Assembly (NCBI RefSeq): GCF_963921235.1
Contig: NC_086107.1
Coordinates: 100,504,001-100,568,000, forward strand
DNA from: Mobula hypostoma
Taxonomy: Eukaryota
Direction of reading: 5' to 3'
Length of the DNA: 64,000 nucleotides
Shown here piece by piece: positions 60,676 through 64,000 of this stretch (the first letter of the stretch is position 1; every line of letters begins with the position of its first letter). Under the pieces are notes generated by a model. That model saw only the letters and a list, made by a program, of their open reading frames with translations. It was not told the DNA's origin and did not search any database. The position numbers and the translations under genes were made by a program.

Positions 60676-62172
60676 AAGGAGTAAATCTCCAGGAATAGAT
60701 TGGATTAAGATTCTGCGTTCTTACTGTAAATTACCAAGCCCTTAAGAGAAGAGCAGGCTGATGCCTCTCCCTATCACACTGAATTGAGTTTTTGGCCTCT
60801 TTAGAGATCCTGATTCCCTCGTCCATCCTTTAGTGCCTTATTCAAATAGCAAATCGTACATTTATGAGAAACAATGAGTGGCAGTTCATATGTAAAATCA
60901 TAAAACTTGTGAGCGCATTGGAGGTGGCCAGCTCATTGTGCTTTTGCTTATGTTAGGCCCTCAGTTGCCATTTCCTCTTCCCTTCCTATTTACTTGCCCT
61001 TTGAATGAGTATTTGAACTAGTATACAATATACTCCTTGTATCCTAGTGCAAATACTGTACTTATTCAAATATCTGTTAAGTAGGTACAGTCTCTTTGAC
61101 CATCAATGTATTGCAGCAGGTTGGGGAGGGTGTCAAAGCTTAAGATGGTTGATTAGGTTGCCAATGAAGTGGACTGCTTTGTTTTTGGACAGTGTAAGGC
61201 TTTTTGAGAGTTGTTCAAACTGTATTGTTTCAGGTGAATGGAAGCTATACCATCACACTTGCAACTTGTTCCCTGTTGTGGTAGAAATAGTTAAAACTAG
61301 TGTCTGATGGGATACTTGACCATTCTGGAGCAGCTGGGCTTAAGACTGTTGATGCATGTTGAGAATAACCTTGGATGATAAGCACAGTACCAGGAACTCC
61401 TTATTAATTAGATACTAGGCCCCTGGAACCAGGACAAAGGATGTCTCTGGGTGTAAATTATGAGTCCTGATACCAAGAATGTTAGACTTGCACTGAGGGT
61501 TAATTGACATCTCTTTTAAACGATTGATCATACACTGACCATGGGATGCCAAACAAAAGTTATGTGAAGTTGTTTGTCTTGCTGTATAAATATGAGCTTT
61601 GTACAACCTAAAAATCAGAGTTCTGGTGGTGATGGAGACTGCTGCAGACTCTCCATGATATTATGTTAATAAACTCTTAAAATAAAACTGGAAGTCACTC
61701 TGGTGATCTTAGTTAGTGATTCCACAACACTTGTAGATGGTGGGCAGACCTTGGGTCATCAGGAGACACTCTCGCTCAGCAGGATATCCAACCTCTGATC
61801 TACTCTTTTACTTTGGTTTCATCTAACTGGTCCATTTGAATTTCTGGTCATGGAAATTTGCTATGACAATATTGAATATCAAGCAGAGGTCAGCAGATGC
61901 TCTCTTGTTAGAGATAGTCACCACCAGCACTTTTCTTGCCTGAATATTATGGTTTCTTATTTGTCCATGGATGAGTGTTGTCCAGATTTTATACAGACAT
62001 CAGGTGCATTATTTGTTGAGGCATTTTAAATGGATTTAAACATTAAAAGTTGTACAACATCCCCAATTCTAACCTTATGAGAATGGGAATGTGGGGTTTG
62101 AATAATGCATGATGTAGTTCTTGTTGCACTTTCCTCTGCTGGCTGTTTGTTCTCAAAATATAATCTGATTCA

Positions 62173-62710
62173 TCAAAGTTGCTGGTGAACGCAGCAGGCC
62201 AGGCAGCATCTCTAGGAAGAGGTACAGTCAACGTTTCAGGCCGAGACCCTTCGTCCGGACTAACTGAAGGAAGAGTTAGTAAGAGATTTGAAAGTGGGAG
62301 GGTGAGGGGGAGATCCAAAATGATAGGAGAAGACGGGGGGGGGGGGATGGAGCCAAGAGCTGGACAGGTGATTGACAAAAGGGATATGAGAGGATCACGG
62401 GTCAGGAGGCCCAGGGAGAAAGAAAAGGGGGGGGGAACCCAGAGGATGGGCAAGGGGTATAGTCAGAGGGACACAGGGAGAAAAAGGAGAATGAGAGAAA
62501 GAATGTGTGTATATAAATAACGGATGGGGTACGACGGGGAGGTGGGGCATTAGCGGAAGTTAGAGAAGTCAATGTTCATGCCATCAGGTCTCGGCCTGAA
62601 ACGTTGACTGTACTTCCTCCTAGAGATGCTGCCTGGCCTGCTGCGTTCACCAGCAACTTTGATGTGTGTTGCTTGAATTTCCAGCATCTGCAGCATTCCT
62701 TGTGTTTGCG
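62173..62710 (-). mobile_element. 5'-truncated Penelope-like element with inverted terminal copy
   Basis: 16-bp TSD aatataat(c/t)tgattca (62157-62172, 62711-62726); 78-bp inverted arms 62171-62248 / 62587-62664; ORF C-terminus PDGMNIDFSNFR*; hammerhead-like motif. Confidence 0.8.
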
Positions 62711-62762
62711 AATATAATTTGATTCACTGGGATCTCCACTTTAAAAACTGAATCTGTTTCAG

Positions 62763-62898
62763 AACATGAGTGACTACGTCAGGGGCTATTCCGAAGCCGT
62801 TAATCTCTTTGGATCTGTTCTCAACAAGTTCCTGAAGAGGAATCAGACCCCAACACGGGACGACTTCCGGCGAAATTTTCGTAATACTTCTTTCCCAG
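62763..62898 (+). CDS. GUCY2C: GUCY2C exon 8 (gene continues beyond the window)
   Basis: tttcag|NMSDYVRGYSEAVNLFGSVLNKFLKRNQTPTRDDFRRNFRNTSFP(G)|gtaatt; resembles LLFGHMLKIFL...FRNLTFEG; 136 nt. Confidence 0.9.
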
Positions 62899-63189
62899 GT
62901 AATTACAGATTGTCCCTACGCTGAAAGGAAAGGTAGTGGATGGAGACAGGATAATGGATGAAAAGAAGACAGGTAGAGAGGAAGAAGGGAACACAGACAC
63001 GTGTGGGAATGAAAAGAAGGGAGACCAAGGATCTGACTTAATACAGCACAGAAGGCCATTTGGCTCAATGTGAACTTCCAGCAGAACAACCCCATCAACC
63101 CCATTCCTCCCTGTCCTGTAGCTCTGCAACTTATTCTCTCTTACATGTTCATCAAACTCTCCTTTCATTAATTCTGTCGTTTACCGACA

Positions 63190-63620
63190 TTACTACGGCC
63201 CATTACAGCCCTGGCGTTTAGTAGACCAATGAAGGTCCTCCATCTCTGTCCGTGGCCATTATTGTGCCCCAGGTGTGGTTCAGGGTCCTCATTTCTGCCT
63301 CTACGGTACGGCGCCAAGTTGTCTTTGGTCTCCCATGTTTCCTCCACCCTTCAGGGGTCCAATGGATCGCTGCCTTGATGTTGGAGTTGGCCTCCCTTCT
63401 CATCACGTGTCCAATTCATCTCCTGTGTTTCCTCATGATGATTGTGGGCATGTCCTCTTGGTGACACTGAAGGAACAGGGTGTTTGGAGATCTTTCTTGG
63501 CCAGAAAATATGGAGGTTCCTGGTGTGAAATAACAACAGCTCGGCAAGGTCACTTTCTGTCAAGCACTGGCATTCTGTCCCCTACAGAAGTGTGGACAGA
63601 ACACTGCTCTGGCACTCTAC
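63190..63620 (-). mobile_element. RTE-clade LINE 3' fragment
   Basis: KAAIHWTPEGWRKHGRPKTTWRRTVEAE; HIFWPRKIS. Confidence 0.75.
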
Positions 63621-63629
63621 TAGAGTGAG

Positions 63630-64000
63630 ATAGGACATCTGGTTGAGTGATGGCACTAAAACAACTTCTTGACTTCAGGAAGGAGAAGGAGGGCTAATAT
63701 ACACTAGTCTACATTGGGGAATCGGCGGTGGAGTCAGCAGCTTTAAATTAATGGGTGTTAACATATCAGATGGCCGGTCCTGGGCCCAGCACATGAATAC
63801 AATAGTCAGGAAAGCATGCCAGCTTCTTTATTTTCTTAGGAGGTTAAGGATGATCGGTTTATCAGAGAATTCGCCAACAAGCTTCTACAAATGTACTGTT
63901 GAAAATATCCTGACTGGTTGCATCATGGTCTGGTACGGCAACTCAAATACAGGACCATAAGAAGCTGGGTTCCTTAAAGTTGTTATAGCCCATGGGGGGG
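63630..64000 (+). mobile_element. Rex1/Babar-type LINE fragment
   Basis: GVNISD..SW..H...RKACQLLYFLRRL...ENILTGCIMVWYGN. Confidence 0.7.

Overview
Vertebrate genomic DNA, very probably from a cartilaginous fish (shark/ray). This is inferred from the repeat content: HE1/V-type SINEs, SacSINE1/Deu-type SINE relics, and abundant CR1, Rex1/Babar and Penelope-derived repeats. The one host gene is a guanylyl cyclase C (GUCY2C) orthologue on the + strand. Coding exons 1-8 (23351-62898, 1048 nt, all GT-AG and phase-compatible) encode the signal peptide and most of the extracellular domain; the gene continues past the window. A compact CDX/HNF4/GATA/TATA promoter lies just upstream. The rest is dense, nested transposable-element DNA. 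A very young Gmr1-like Gypsy element has identical 859-bp LTRs and one open 935-aa Gag(SCAN-like)-protease ORF whose Pol is reduced to non-catalytic relics. It sits inside the LTR of a pol-deleted BEL/Pao element. Also present are a related solo LTR inside a CR1 LINE, hAT elements and MITEs, Rex1, RTE and Hero LINE pieces, and Penelope-derived hairpin repeats, one carrying an intact minimal hammerhead ribozyme core. Other oddities are a 50-bp CR1 tail sitting exactly on the exon 7 splice donor and a perfect 150-bp inverted duplication in intron 5. All calls are by eye; no searches were run, and boundaries of old repeats are approximate.
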